From Hydrolagus affinis (Eukaryota): a stretch of 64,000 nt of DNA. The stretch is from assembly GCA_012026655.1 (NCBI GenBank), contig JAAILG010001223.1, positions 1 to 64,000 on the forward strand, written 5' to 3'. The position numbers and the translations under genes are program-made. This document shows, in pieces, positions 24,521 to 38,263 of this stretch (position 1 is its first letter; every line of letters begins with the position of its first letter). Below the pieces are notes generated by a model, which was not told the DNA's origin, ran no database searches, and saw only the letters and a list, made by a program, of their open reading frames with translations.

Positions 24521-25732
24521 CATTCTGATTACAGAATATTATCATGTTATTCAAGTAAATTAATGCATTTAACGGGCTAAATATGGAAGGTAAAGTAATA
24601 TTTCCAAACTCAATAACAAAAAATAATCAACGATGCTTATGCTGCAAGAATTCCTAGTTCTATTGATAGTTTCAAAATCATTTTTAATGAACATTTCTGA
24701 CAACCATAATATAAAGAAAATGTTATGGGGGTTGAAAAAGTGTGTAATTGTTATTCAAATAGCCAAAAGCATACCAGTAACCACAGTACCAACTGAAGGA
24801 AATGAATTGATCATATTTCATATGCAAGTTAGCATAAAAGCTTCAGTGGTTCAAACTTCTATTATAATTTAAATCTTCCTTTCATCAGTTGAATCAATTA
24901 ACACATGCTTGTGAAGTTTTGGACAAGTTTGACATATTAGCTCTAGTTTGAAGGCTTTGAAGGTTAATCCAGGAACAAATGTAAAAATAGACTAGCAATA
25001 CTTAAGGCGGATAGCTCTATAGTGCTGACCATTTGGGATTAAGCAGTTGGTTGCCTTGCCCTCAAGAGATACACATGACCTGTTGAAAGCCGTAGCTCAT
25101 TCATAGAAATGTTTCCCAATCTACCAATTAATGCCATCTTGTCAGTTTTACTGGACTACTGTGACTATTCTTAGTTTAGCCTCTTGATAATGAAGCTCCT
25201 TTACAGATCATATCCCCTCTGGTCCCTTCAAACTTCCAGAAATACTACAGCAGTTAATCATTCCTTCTTTTAAAGAATGTCATATTACATACATGTGTGT
25301 CTTTGTACTACTAATGCAGTCATTTATAAAGTGAAATCATACATCAGTGCCCTTCACTCCATCAAAGTCAAGAATTTTTTAAAAAGTGCCACATTTTTGA
25401 GGAAATTATGTCTAGAATCATCTGCTAATCCTGAAATACAACCTAATTGAACTTTTTTTTTAAACTCTCTACAGTAGGAATTCCCATAGCCTCTGCCAGG
25501 TGTGCATAACCTCCAGGCCGCTCTCAGTGCTAATCCAGGCCACTAAACGGGGACATAATGGAGGTGATTCTTCGGAAGTCAGTAAATTTATGGACCTTCA
25601 TAAAACCTCCCCTATTGTCTGGTTGCTTCTTATGTGTGCAACACAGATGGGCAGAAAGCATCGTGCAATACAGGTAAAACTACACATCTGTTCGTTCTTA
25701 AGCCAACTTTGACTAACATCATTGAATTTGCC

Positions 25733-25832
25733 NNNNNNNNNNNNNNNNNNNNNNNNNNNNNNNNNNNNNNNNNNNNNNNNNNNNNNNNNNNNNNNNNNNN
25801 NNNNNNNNNNNNNNNNNNNNNNNNNNNNNNNN
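25733..25832. other. Assembly gap (100 N)
   Basis: Run of exactly 100 N, probably a placeholder for a gap of unknown size. Confidence 0.99.
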
Positions 25833-26929
25833 AAAATTAATTAACATGCCTTTTGAAATAACCTGAAAGTATTTCATTAAAACAAAGTCTGTCATTTTCT
25901 TTTGTCTGAATGTTTGATTTCCTTTTCTCCAATTGTCAAAACTGTTTCCAGCAAGTATTTTGTTTTACAAAAAGAAACATCAAGGGTAGATCAATGTTAA
26001 GTGAAATCCTTTTCACATCTTAATCTCACCCTCTCAAAGAACCCTGACTTAAATATTAAATAGTAAAAATGTTATTTTCGTCGGTCTTTTATTCTATGCA
26101 ATTAACAACGTTATGTTATCCATTTTCGTAGGTAGTCAATTTAAAGAAAATCACGTTTGGTGTAGTCACCAGAAGCAATAATGTTATGGACAACTCACTG
26201 CTGTTTTCTTAAGGAACCAATGAATTTTTTATTGCCGCATTTAACCCAAAGGCCAAAGGAAGCAAGGGGAAGTGTTTTACTGTGTACTAAGTGGCATGGA
26301 CATGATAAGCCATAATTCTTCCCCACCTGACTGCATTGATGGAGAGCACACACTACAGAAGTGAGGAATTTAACAAGCTGGTGACAACCTACTTTTGGGA
26401 TTTGTTCAGGTGTTTAGTCACAATAGGTATATATAACTTTAAAGTCTTGAGTGAGCTCGGTCCTGCATTTTATAGCTGTCTTCTCAGCATTAAATCCATG
26501 ACAAAAGATAAATCTGCCTTGTTGCTAATCTGTCATTTGTATGCGAAGATACTGTAAGTTTAATAATGTATGAGCGGGCAAATGCTTTCCGAATTAGCCA
26601 TGGCTGATGGAGGAAAGTTCCTGCAGTGAGTCCTGACCCAGCCTGTTGGTGCCGCAAAATGCTCTCGCTGGCTAATGCCATGTCTCCCAGTGCCACTTAC
26701 AGCCCAATCATGTTGTCCCCATGTGCCGAAGCTTGGCACAGCTTTGAAGGGAGTCAAAGCTCTAAATAATGGTAGCAAAATAATGGTAGCAAAAACGCTA
26801 GAGAAATTGGAGCAATGTTCAAGCAACGAATACTTGGCACAGACAAAGGACCTGTGAACAATTCTATATATATGTTTTGGATTTGTATACGATAACACGA
26901 ATCGACAAGTAAAGGTAAGATAATGCTGA

Positions 26930-27250
26930 ACAAAATAGACAGGGGAAGGAGGGAGGGAGAGGAGGGAGTAAAGAGTTCCAAAGTCTTGAGGTTCTGGGAG
27001 TGAATGAGTTAAAAGTAGGAGACAAGCGTAATGACTTTTCATCTCAAGGCAGTAAGAATGCAAAGCTTGGGAAGAACAAAAGTTCAGAGAAGCAATAATC
27101 ATAGCACAGCGGTATTATTAACAAGGAGCTAGGCAGGAAAGATTGTGCAGGAGATGGAAAGCTTTGAGAAGAATCACTTATCATGTCCAGCAGTGCCAGA
27201 GAGGTAATAGAGAAATGCTGAGGGTATCATTATAACACTCCAGACACTCA
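26930..27250 (-). mobile_element. Decayed L2 3' remnant
   Basis: Reverse complement contains caagactttggaactcttt (RLWNSL) within a purine-rich plus-strand tract similar to 22680-22800. Confidence 0.45.
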
Positions 27251-27494
27251 ACCCATCACAACTGAGACTACAACCAATGATTAGAGGTTGCATCCAAATT
27301 GCCTTTTATATGCAGTAGTAATAAAATTACAATTATAAGGCCACAGCTTTATAATATTAGATTATTGAAGGATGGATTTTAGCTTTGTGATGAATTGCAA
27401 CAACAATTAAAAGCCATTGGTTGTACAGAATATTGCATTAGAATTGCTAGTAGGCTCTTCAGAAATCCTCTGTACAATTATTATCACAACTAAC

Positions 27495-27803
27495 AATAAT
27501 AATCCCTACATTTGCTTTCGCACTTTTCACTTCTTCTAGACATCTCAAAGCACTTCACAGAATGTACTGTAAACTGAATTGACTGTATATTTTATGGGTG
27601 AAACGCAGCCACCAATTGCACACTGTTGTGTCCCACAAACAATCATGGATTGAGTGGCCAAATTATTAATGTTTTGTTTTTTTGAGGAATTATTACCAGG
27701 CGTGTGGAGTAACAAAAGTTGCCCAAGGTTTTGTCCTGCGGGGAATCGAGCCCAGTCTTTCACTTGTGTGGCAAGTGCTCTAACCACTGAGCTACAGGAC
27801 TCC
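27495..27803 (-). mobile_element. Full-length tRNA/Deu SINE
   Basis: Tail through head ...gggaatcgagcccag...gctctaaccactgagctacaggactcc. Confidence 0.92.
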
Positions 27804-30800
27804 TATAGGACTAAACTATTATATAGTTTAAAACTAAACTAAGCTGCTATTTAAACAAGGATATTCGTTTCCAATAAACCCTGATTATAATCTCTACATG
27901 TATTTTATTTGATCCAGCACAGATCACATCAGTAGGTCATCTCAAAGTGTTTCATAGGATATTCTGTGAAGTGGAGTGACTGTATGTTGTGGGCGAATGT
28001 TAGCGTATCAGCATATTAACATGGTTTTATTAAACACCTCATGTAATTCCAGTAACACAATTTAAGGTGCATATCAGGGTATTGTCAAGCCAGTGTTTGC
28101 TGCACACAAAACAGTCAAAGAAATGTTAAAACTGTCAAGTCCCTAAATTCAGTCTTTCTCCTCACCAGTTAGGAATCTGTTATTGTGGATCATTCGTGTG
28201 CACTTATTAGTTCATTTAGCTGTGGAAATACAGTTTTCCACAAATATCTCCTAACCATAGAGCACTGAATGTTAAACATACACTGATGAAACCATAGCAA
28301 CGGGACGTTTTGGGATAGTAATTGGGGGGAATAAACATGATTGAAACTGCGTGGTACATTCTGATGTGGCCAATTCAGATTTACACTGCTGGAAGCTCTA
28401 CTAAATGTTGCATTCGGTTGTGATGAACTATTGTTCTCAGTATAATTTGCTGTCTATAGAGCAAACATATGTTATCATACACGTACGATTCTTTGGCACT
28501 CACTTGGCTATTTGTTTTTACGAGTTCCGATTGCCTAATATAATATACTGTAATCATTATTACCTCAACTTGCATTACCTCATGTCAAAATCAAATTGTG
28601 CTTTACGCCACCAGTACTCTCGCATTGACTCAGACCACTAAATACAAATTAAATATCAATTACTGGAAGCAGTGCTGGATTTAAATCAATAGAAAACAAG
28701 AAAAATAAAACAAAATGATGCCACACAAATGTAATATTGTACTGAAGCCATCCAGATGAGTTCAAGGACCAGAAATCATTTAAAGCAATGATTCCGTCAA
28801 CCGGTAAGTACCTTAAAACAGAAACCTTATTACACAAACGCAGATTCAATTTCCACTGAATTGAATTTTATGAAAATTTCCAGGAAGAAAAGAGATCAAG
28901 CCAAATACAAAGCCGCTGCGATAATGTTCCTGTTGCCAAGTTAACTTGCCTCACTGAATCTTAACGTATAGCAAACCTTATGTGTTGTGTTAAATATTTA
29001 AAATAACCTGTTACATTTTAAATGTCTGTGCAGTGGTTATACCATGTATTTAATGCCCAAAGTGCCAGTGCCTCAGAAGCAGCTGTGATAACACAAGTTA
29101 TCACAATACCTACTATTCGCAATATTATTTTAGCATGATACTCTACCCCATTCATATTTAAAAATAATTATCCTTGCATTCGATATAACACTTTTCATGT
29201 CTACTGGGCATCTCCCCATTGAAATTGGGCTGTCGTGCTCCATAACCTGTCATCGCTCCTCAGATCTAATTGTTGCACTGACCTGGTTTGAAGCAGGGCA
29301 ATGGGATTTCAAATGATATTACACATGGGTTGGATGGGGCATTGTCAAGATTTGTGAATTTTAGGTAAGGAAAAGCCAAGGTCCACAATCCAACCAAGTT
29401 AAAGGTGACCAGCTACATAGTGAACCATTTACAGTTTTGTTCTGATGGCAATACTTTTAAATTCTCTTTATTCAAAGCAACTATAAAACTATAGTAAAAT
29501 TATGTCATGACTAAGTTGGTAGAGTCACTGTCTGCAGAAGAACAGAGTTGTGGAGACTGGAAAGGCTCCAGTTTTGATCATTGGTCTATGGTCTAAATTA
29601 GTTGATCTCTTGCTCTACAAATTAGCTTATTGACAGCTAATAATCCAGAAAAGTGTAGCCAAGACAGGTCTACTTTAGCTTTTATTAATCTTATCTATCA
29701 GAACTTTAATAATTATAAATCTAAGTAGATGGATGCAACTGATCTTCGAAATGCAACAAAACCCTCATCAAAATTTACATGCAGTAAAAAGCAATTAGAA
29801 ACTAACATATGCCGCTTCCCATGTGACAGTAGGGGACTGCAGTAATTCAAACTTTCTTTATTGCAATAATAATTCAGCGCAGTCTACTAATAACGGCGTG
29901 AATTGCATTGGACCCTTACAGATGCTACCTGGCTTATGCATGTTTCACTTTTATTTGTTTTAATATCACTTCATGCACTCCCAACTGTTTTTTAGACTGA
30001 CACGTTCCTTCAAATCTCATGCAAATATTATCTATGATAACTTTGTACCAATGGTTAGACTATATTTCAACGCTGGACATGTCTCTGAAATAAAGTACTT
30101 TTGGTCTGACTGATGCACTTCAAATTGGTTGCAAACGAGTGTAAATCATGGTTACACACCAACTCCCAATTCAAATACAAATCCATATAAGCTGGCAAAA
30201 CCCGAAGCATCACATTTATCCACTCTCCCTTCCACTCACTCTAACTCCTCTGCATACCATAAAACATCTACTGTGTGGTATCATCCTCACATTAATATTG
30301 CACAGATATGGTAAAATAATATGGCAAAACAAATGTTTGCCCACATGAGGGTAGTGTGAAAGTATCCAGTGTAACTCGAGCAATTCCATTAATCCACCTG
30401 CACGGATATGACACATTGGAGAGATCACCCTCTGTGTTACTGTTCGTGATGTACAATTTAAATCACAGAATTTTATGCTTCAGCACAGAGCAGTGCAGCA
30501 TATCATTCCATTCTGTATACGGTTTTTTTAAAAAAAAGAATCTTAAGATATATAATCCATTTAAGGCGTAAAACAATTCCTTTGTTCAAAGTAAGCAACG
30601 CTACAGTGCCAGTGTGCGCTAATCTGCCCAATTCATGATGTTTACTGCCACAACATGTATGCCACTCCTAACAGCAGAAGTCCCCCCCCCCTTATCAGTG
30701 TTTCATGTCCACTGGGATGCAATAGTGCTGGAGAATATGATATGTGCTCAGCTTTCAATGGGACCCATTATAAAGCCTCTGCCTTTCTCTCTCCTCCTCC

Positions 30801-31234
30801 TCCACCCCACAGATAAGTCGATTATACACCTGCTGACTTGACTTTCATTTTCCTAATGCAAGAATTGACCAAGCCACACCTTACCCACAGGAGGTAACTG
30901 ATCAACAAATACCCTCAACCAGCAATCTTACGCCGCATATTTGTCCTCCTCTCTTCCCCCACGAACCGGGCTATGCACTCTCTCGATTATCTTTTGATCT
31001 CTTCTTTCTAATTGGGTGTGTTTTCTTCCCGTTTTGATTCATTGAACACTGGCATACTGTAGTATACACATACTGTAGCTGCTTTGTTATATGGGTGCAA
31101 GGTTGGGTGGTTTTATGTGCCTCTAATGCATTGTATTATGTGTGCGATCAACTAAAAAATGAGTACACAGATACTGTTTGAACTTCGACCCATGCATCTG
31201 TAGGTCAATGCACCTCAAGGTGCCTTTCAACCAT

Positions 31235-31510
31235 GCACAACAGGAAAAGTTCCAGGTCCAATTCCTGACTGGTGCTAAATGAGCTGGGCTATTTTTATTC
31301 AGTGAGATTTTCAGAGTGTTAGCATCTTGCGTTGGCGCAGGGATAGCCTGGCTGGAGTTTCCCTTCTGATTTCCAAACACCGCTCGCTGAATCAAGAATT
31401 TGTGTGGGAGCACAACAGGAGAAAAGGAAGATAGGATTTAGCTCAGCTGTGAAACCACCCACGGTCAGATACTATAACACACTGACTGTCCAAGGCACTC
31501 AAGGGAGCTG
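31235..31510 (+). repeat. Decayed copy of the older dispersed repeat family
   Basis: ggaaaagttccaggtccaattcctg...taggatttagctcagctgtga...cacggtcagat...actgactgtccaaggc parallels 19005-19030 and 60575-60615. Confidence 0.5.
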
Positions 31511-31900
31511 CCAGGATGTTGCTCAAGACCATGAAATTATATTCCCAGCGTGAGTTACCACGTTTAGAGCAATGACGGACAAGGAATCGAATATTGGTGA
31601 GAAAATAAATTGACTAAGATTACACTAGTCATAAACCACGATAAAATTATGATTACATTTACACAACGATCGCCCATCGATTGCAACAGCAAAAGTTTTA
31701 ACTATACACTGTGGCTTTCTGAAACAGGGTGAAAGACATGTGCAACAGTTATCTGTTTTCATATCATTATAATACATGAACAAACTGAAAAAATCGCAAG
31801 ACAAAAAAAAGGCGACGAAAATGTTAAATGCTCAAAACGATACTGCGGGTTGCGAGTCTTCGGTCATTGTTTACTTTACTGCAAGTTAATCAGAACTCAC

Positions 31901-32413
31901 CAGATAAGCATTCGGAAGAAAGTTGTTGACTCTAGAAATATTCCACATGCCCTCAAGGTACTGCTGTGCCTGAATGGTGACTGAGCTCAGAGCACTGCTT
32001 AGGCCACTGGGACCCACAGTTACTTGAATGCTGGATTTCGAAAGGTTGCCTGTACCCTGAGGCCAACCAACTCCCTTCCTTCGCTCCGTACCAGAGATTA
32101 TATTTCCTGATTTTCCAGGCTGTTTGCTTGCTTGTCCTGCAATCAGGGGCCAGTCCCTTTGTGACGAAAGGGTGACCATATTTTGGATATCACGTTTTGG
32201 TGAAGCACTGCCCACCGCAAGGTCAGACAATGAGTCAGACTGGTCCTGAGTGGAGGCTTGACTGAGTGTATGGACCATCTGAATTGCTTCCTTCTTCAGC
32301 TGATTGAGGTGTGTGGCACAAACCTCACATCTGCTCTCACTTTCATTTCGACTGCTCTTTGAAGAGTCAGGCACTTGAAGCTTGTCAAAAATGAAAGCTG
32401 AAAATCCCGGGTC
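31901..32413 (-). CDS. KIF26A: Kinesin-like protein KIF26 (KIF26A-like), internal coding exon (probably exon 3), 513 bp, phase 0-0
   Basis: Translates DPGFSAFIFDKLQVP...RCEVCATHLNQLKKEAIQMV...VTIQAQQYLEGMWNISRVNNFLPNAYL, matching the KIF26 N-terminal region as I recall it. Acceptor tctccAG at 32415-32414; donor GTGAGT starting at 31900. Confidence 0.93.
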
Positions 32414-35400
32414 CTGGAGAAAATAAGAGAGACAAGACAATCATTAGCCTTCTAAAACTAATTGCAATTCACCCTTACTAACTCCGGAACAGCGTTAAAA
32501 TCTCCTCGAAACACTAGGTTTTACTCACACAACATAATTGATTAACAAATCATATGCTTTTCCACACGTACAAAAAACAGGATGAAAATAATCATCAAAA
32601 ATAAACTGCAGGCTTGATAGTGTACCTGATAAAATATCCATCTACTTACCCTCATAATTAGCAATACATCAAAAAGTCTAACTGCCTATTGATGTTTTAA
32701 TGCGCTGGGGATGGTCTTTTTTTTTAGCAATCTGCTTTATTGCTAAAATATTACTAAAACGACTTAATAGTTTTCCAAAAAGTGTTTTTGTTTGTTTTGC
32801 AAAATCCCATCATAGGAAAAAATAAGTCAATGCTACACCTATAACAACTTAATGGGTACAGATAAACGGCTAATAGTCTAACCCCTGCCCTTGGCAATGA
32901 ATAATCAGCCAAGTCCATTAACAAAGAGCTTGTTTTGAGAATGCACTTGGGTTTCCTTAAGTGCCAGGACTGAGTGACCAAATTTTAAATGTCTCGGAGC
33001 CAGACAAGACTGTTGTGGCAGTGCCTGCAAATCTGCTGCCCATCAGTCACACTACCTTAGTTCATAGCTACTTTCTGAGATGTGAAGACGCTCACAACTG
33101 AGGAGATTATTCGAAAGCAACTGCCTATTCTTTGCCATTAGTTAATTTATCTTTTTCTTTTTGCAATAGCAATCCCTTTAAATTTATTTCATGGATGTTC
33201 AGCTTTCAGGGTCCCAAAGCTCTGTGCTGTCATTACTTTTTCCATAGCACAGAGATATTGCAGCATATCAGTGCAAAAACACTCGAGTCAGCCCCCTGTG
33301 TAGACTGGTGTATGGTTTAGAAGGAGATTAATTCCTTCTCTGTTGTAAAGCTGCCACCGAAACTAATGCCTCACATGGAAGCAGACCAACCTAAGGCTCT
33401 CATCTTGTGCCCCCATGACAATTATGATCCACAGAGGGATCACTGGGACAGCTGAGAGAAGGTTTTATACCATCCACGAGGCATCATATTCAAAGCAAGA
33501 TACAGTAAACAAGGATAAACCATAACAATAGGAGAATAAGCAGCATGCCCTTGACCAAAATTTGCTTCGGCAAGGTGACGTTGCTCACAAAATATTAATT
33601 CACTCAAGCCGCAAATCAACTCCACAACAAGTACTGTATATTCCAACATGGAGCAAATTGTATATTTATATATATGAAGCAAAGTAACAAGGTCGCAAAA
33701 TGAACGTTATACTAGAGTACAGAGTCAACTACTTACCTTTAGTAAAGTATGTACAGTACTTTATTTTCTACAGTGCCCAACAATGCACATCATATAATAA
33801 AAATACCAGGTCTTCACACGAGTGCTTACAGAATAGTTTATGTTAAATTATTCACCAAGTTTTCCTGTCCACATTTTTAAATATTGTACTTTAGATCGAA
33901 CTGTATAGATGGTGTTAATTTAGCCGTTCATATTAACTGAGATAATGTTCTTACATTTCAGTCAAAACATCATTACGTTCTGTTTAGGATTGAAGCCAGT
34001 GGAAGTTTACTGAATAATCCACGGTTAGAGATAAGTTCCTACTGTGAAGCGCAGGTTTGTTCACTGTTTTCAAGGTCGAACTACTTTGATGCTGAACCTC
34101 ATGATGTTGTGTAAAACAGAGTTGTATGCCTCCTTGTAATGAAATAAATTTCTAAAGTGCTTTGCTCAATCCGAGCCCACATTTCACGGATCGAGTTCTT
34201 CCCACCGCCTGCCTGCTGTGAAGTAAACTCACTTTACATTTTCCACTTCTGCGGACATTAGCAACTGGCCTGCAAATGGGTGTAAATTTACAGGAAATGC
34301 ACACAGTTGCTAGTAGATTCCTGCTAACAAAATTCACAATGCAATTCTCACTTAAAAGTCCCGCTAATCTACTTTACAAGCTCTTGAAATTGCACTATGG
34401 CACCATGGCTCTAGCCACCAAAGATCCGTATATCCCCCATAAAGTTACACCAACATATTCTGAAAGGGTAAGAATTTGGAGCTGTTAACTGCATGGTGCC
34501 ATCTCCCGTAGACTTGTGAAGACGAGAACAAGTCACGCCATGCTTACAGCTTGCTCAGTGAAACAAGGAACGGCAGCGTGGCAGGAAAGGCTGGGAGTGC
34601 AGAAAGATTTAACCGTTGAGGAGCACGACCCCTCAAAATGCTAGTTCATGCTGGGATCAGGCTACGAGGGCGATAGTTAAGACCGGAAGCAGCCCTCAGA
34701 GGAGACGCTGAGTTCAGTGTAGCGGCTCTCTTTATTTTGCAAATGCTCCAACCCATGACTCCATCTCATTACTATAGATGCGCAAGTAGCTTATGCTTGA
34801 CCAAAGTTTTTCTCAATACGGTCACAGTGCTTACCAAGTATTCATAGTTAAATAACGGTGGCAGAGGTTAAGAGCTGCAATAGAACATCAGGCATCCTTG
34901 GTCTCAGTCTATTTACCATCACTCACCATCACTATGTAGCTGAAGGCCCGGTTCATTGCGGGCTTCAGTGGAGTTCCATGCGAATTTCAAACACACAATG
35001 ATATTTCCACACATGTCATGTCACCTTATACATAGCACACCTGTTTATTCCCACAATTTTCAACCCTGTTCCAACCAGCCAGGTATTTATTCCAGGTATT
35101 ATTTATTCTGTGGGGAAAAAATAACATCTTCTAATCTCTCATCTCATTTCAATCTTATTTAGTTTTAAACCTGTGTAGTTCTGCTTTCAGCTACATCTAG
35201 GCTGTGTGCAGTTTTTTTATTGTCAAGAAAATAATGGGTTTTAAGCAGCAAAAGTACACACAAGGAAAAATTTAAATTAAAAATGGTGAATTGATATGTG
35301 TTGGAGGCTGGCTACTGAGACCACCCTGAGAAGGACCATGACACCTCACACTATTGCCAGCAATGCAAATCGATTAAAAAATTATCCCTTGAAAGTTCTT

Positions 35401-35605
35401 CATCATCCAATAGACTGACTCATTTATAACATTAAAACCAGTTTACCAGTTTACCTGAATCCTTGACAAGAGAGATTGGGAATCCCACGTTCATATCACT
35501 CTACTATTGGTAGCAGTTCAGATATTGAGGGTCTAGATCATGGTCCAAGGTCTGCTACGCTACAGTGAAAACAAGTGAAGTCATCTAATAATCATTTCTG
35601 CTTAA

Positions 35606-35803
35606 TACCTCCTTCAAAACCCATCTCAAGACCCTCCTCTTCCACCGTGCCTTCAGTCACCCTCCTACGCTTCCTCTCCCCACTCTCTACCTCACCTGAT
35701 TCCCAACCACCAGCTCGGATGGATACAGATCCCTGACTGTCCAGCGCTTTGGGGCTTCCTTCTGATGGGAAAGGCGCTATACAAATGTAAATTGTTGTTG
35801 TTG
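35606..35803 (+). mobile_element. L2 LINE 3' end
   Basis: tccttcaaaacccatctcaagaccctcctcttccaccgtgccttc (SFKTHLKTLLFHRAF), then gcgctttggg...gaaaggcgctatacaaatgtaaattgttgttgttg. Confidence 0.85.
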
Positions 35804-38075
35804 CTCATAAATGAAGAGGCTACTATACTCCTCATAATCTTGTAGCTCCTTTCTGATCTACATTCGTTTGAAAATAGAACGCCCAAACTATTACCAGTGT
35901 GGTCTTACCCCTGCTCCATTCACAATGCAAGTAACTTATTTCCATTATACTACAAGCAAGATACAGTCCTGTACAGTATTTCCATCAGTTTAGTGGGCAA
36001 CCACTTTCCAAGAGCTGGAAACTTTGAGAAAGATATGGAGAGTGGCGTTCTATGGGTTTCACCAGAGAACTCAAGAATCAAATGTAATTTCTTCTTTATT
36101 CCTGCCTGATTCCATTTTTTCCTGCATCTGCAGCAACTTACCTCTATCTGACACTTTGCTCACTTCATGTCTATCACAATCAATTAAGAAGTAGGCAAAC
36201 AATACCTCAACAGCACAGTAAATGCACAAAACTGAATGTAAACTCATTGTATCCTTTCCCGTACAGCGATAGGAAGCTCTGCCACACTCAAAAGTTATGA
36301 ACAATGACATAGATGGGGGAAGAAGGAAAGAGATTCTTAACAACTGGAATTTTATTTTAAACTGCAAAGTTAACTGTTCTCATACCTAGGATGTTTGAAC
36401 CTCAAACTTTCAACACTGGAGATGCTTATTAAAATCCAATGCATGAATATCCACGTTAGTATTTCCCCTAGAGGGCAACCTTCCCCAAGACAGACAGATA
36501 GTCTGGGCAAGAAAGGATAACTAGTAGGAGGTGTGAGTCAGATATTTAAACTTGCTGCTAGAGGGTTAGCCAGGCAAATACAAAAACAATTGAAAAATAA
36601 ACCTTTATTTTTAAAAAATACAAAAATTTGGCAAGAAACAAGGCTACTCAACCCAGCAAGTCTGGTTCTCTTTGTCACTGATTCCATATAACCATCATAC
36701 AATCAGTAATCAGCAATGGATCTTCTCCTGGGTATGTTGGAGCAAGGTACACCTTCCTGTTACAAAGGCAATGAACCTTACCGCAGAATTAGTCCATTAT
36801 ACTAGGCAGTAAAACTATTCACCCAACGTGACCATATGATGACAGTCTTTTTATATAGCCTGCCAATAATCATCTAAACCAAGAACTTTAAGGCCTTTCA
36901 CACGCAAAGCCAATTGATCAGTTCCTTAACAATGAATCCCATCAGGAACGTAACATTGGACTGAATTTTTTTCAATTGAAATTGTCCTTCGTTTGTAACA
37001 TTCAAACGTTGTTCTGTGCTTGTATAATCCGAAAGACTAAACAAAGGTCAATTCTCTGCGCTGTCAACATTTTTGGCGCTGTATGATTCCACATATCTGG
37101 AGGCCATAATTTTTGCTGTTACCACCAAAGCAATCCCATGTGAAGCACAGAGGAAACTTTTAAAAATATCTACAGTGATGCTTTGTCCTATAGTTTACAT
37201 GCATCGGACAAGGAAGACATCTTAACAAATTACTTCACCTGATGTTCAGCTAAAGAAATCAACTTTTCTTGTTACGTATCTTTGAAACAGTGACTCACAT
37301 TTTCCAAAACAATAATTATTTATAAAACCGTCAAATGGAGAATAAAATTCAACTAAAGAGAAGTGTCTAAGGGCAATAGGATTGTGTTAATCCTAGGGCT
37401 TTCATATGAACATAAACGATCCATCACTGTGCATCAGTGACCACCTGTTCTTTACAGAATGAGAGCCTTTGAGGTTGATGTAAGACCATGTCCCAATCTC
37501 CACCTGTATGTTGTTATTGATGCCAGAGACCTAAAGACAAGCAACAACAGTGGAAAAGGCATAGCTGTAACGGTCTCTCTATAACACTGTGGAAATAAAT
37601 AAAACGATTGCTGTAGAATCATGCATCAGTCATGTCTTAAATGCAGGTAGACACACTTCCCCAGCTCATGCCTTAGACATGCCCTCCAGGTAATTGGAAT
37701 GATACAGCGCCAAAAACATTCACAGCAGCTGTGACCTTCACAGCCATAGGCAAAACCATTCTAGTCACAGAGGAGACCCTCCGTTCCTCTGCTACCATTT
37801 GCCACAGTTCAGTAATTACTTCCCTGGAGAGTATCAAACTCCCTATAATATTACCCCTTCGTCAGTCCCAGATATAACATTCTGGCCCTATAGAGCCTCT
37901 GTGTTAGATATAGGCTCCCCCCCAACTACCCCCCCCTCGAGAGTCTTGTGCCTGTGTGTGCCACCTCCGGTTCATCTCCTTCCTCATGACAAGCTGATGT
38001 GCAATCACAGGAGGAAAAAGCTTCTCAGTACTGTGCTGGGTTTCATAAAGAGTTTGTTCATCCCATTATAAAGCA

Positions 38076-38186
38076 ACAGAAACAGAAATCTCTGGGAACA
38101 CTCAGCAGGTCAGGCAGCATCATCTATCGGGAGAGGAAAGTGAGTCAACGTTTCGGAACCCCGACCCTTCGTCAGACCTGTTCTGA
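38076..38186 (-). mobile_element. Penelope-like element terminal-repeat remnant carrying a hammerhead ribozyme core
   Basis: Minus strand reads CAGGT CTGACGA AGGGTCGGGGTTCC GAAACGTT GACTC...GATGCTGCCTGACCTGCTGAGTGTTCCCAG. The family assignment rests on recall of a common shark repeat. Confidence 0.65.
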
Positions 38187-38263
38187 GGGTAAAACGAATT
38201 TGAGGGTAAAACGCATTGTTTGAAGAAACATAAATTAAATTCTGTCACATAGAAACAAAGCCT

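Noticed and set aside
26560-27102. 180-aa minus-strand ORF
   Set aside because: No recognisable domain or splice context, and it overlaps a decayed L2 remnant.
29084-29105. 9-bp hairpin TGTGATAAC/GTTATCACA (also a 10-bp AT-rich one at 32722-32748)
   Set aside because: Short stems like these can arise by chance in 64 kb of AT-rich DNA, and there is no supporting context.
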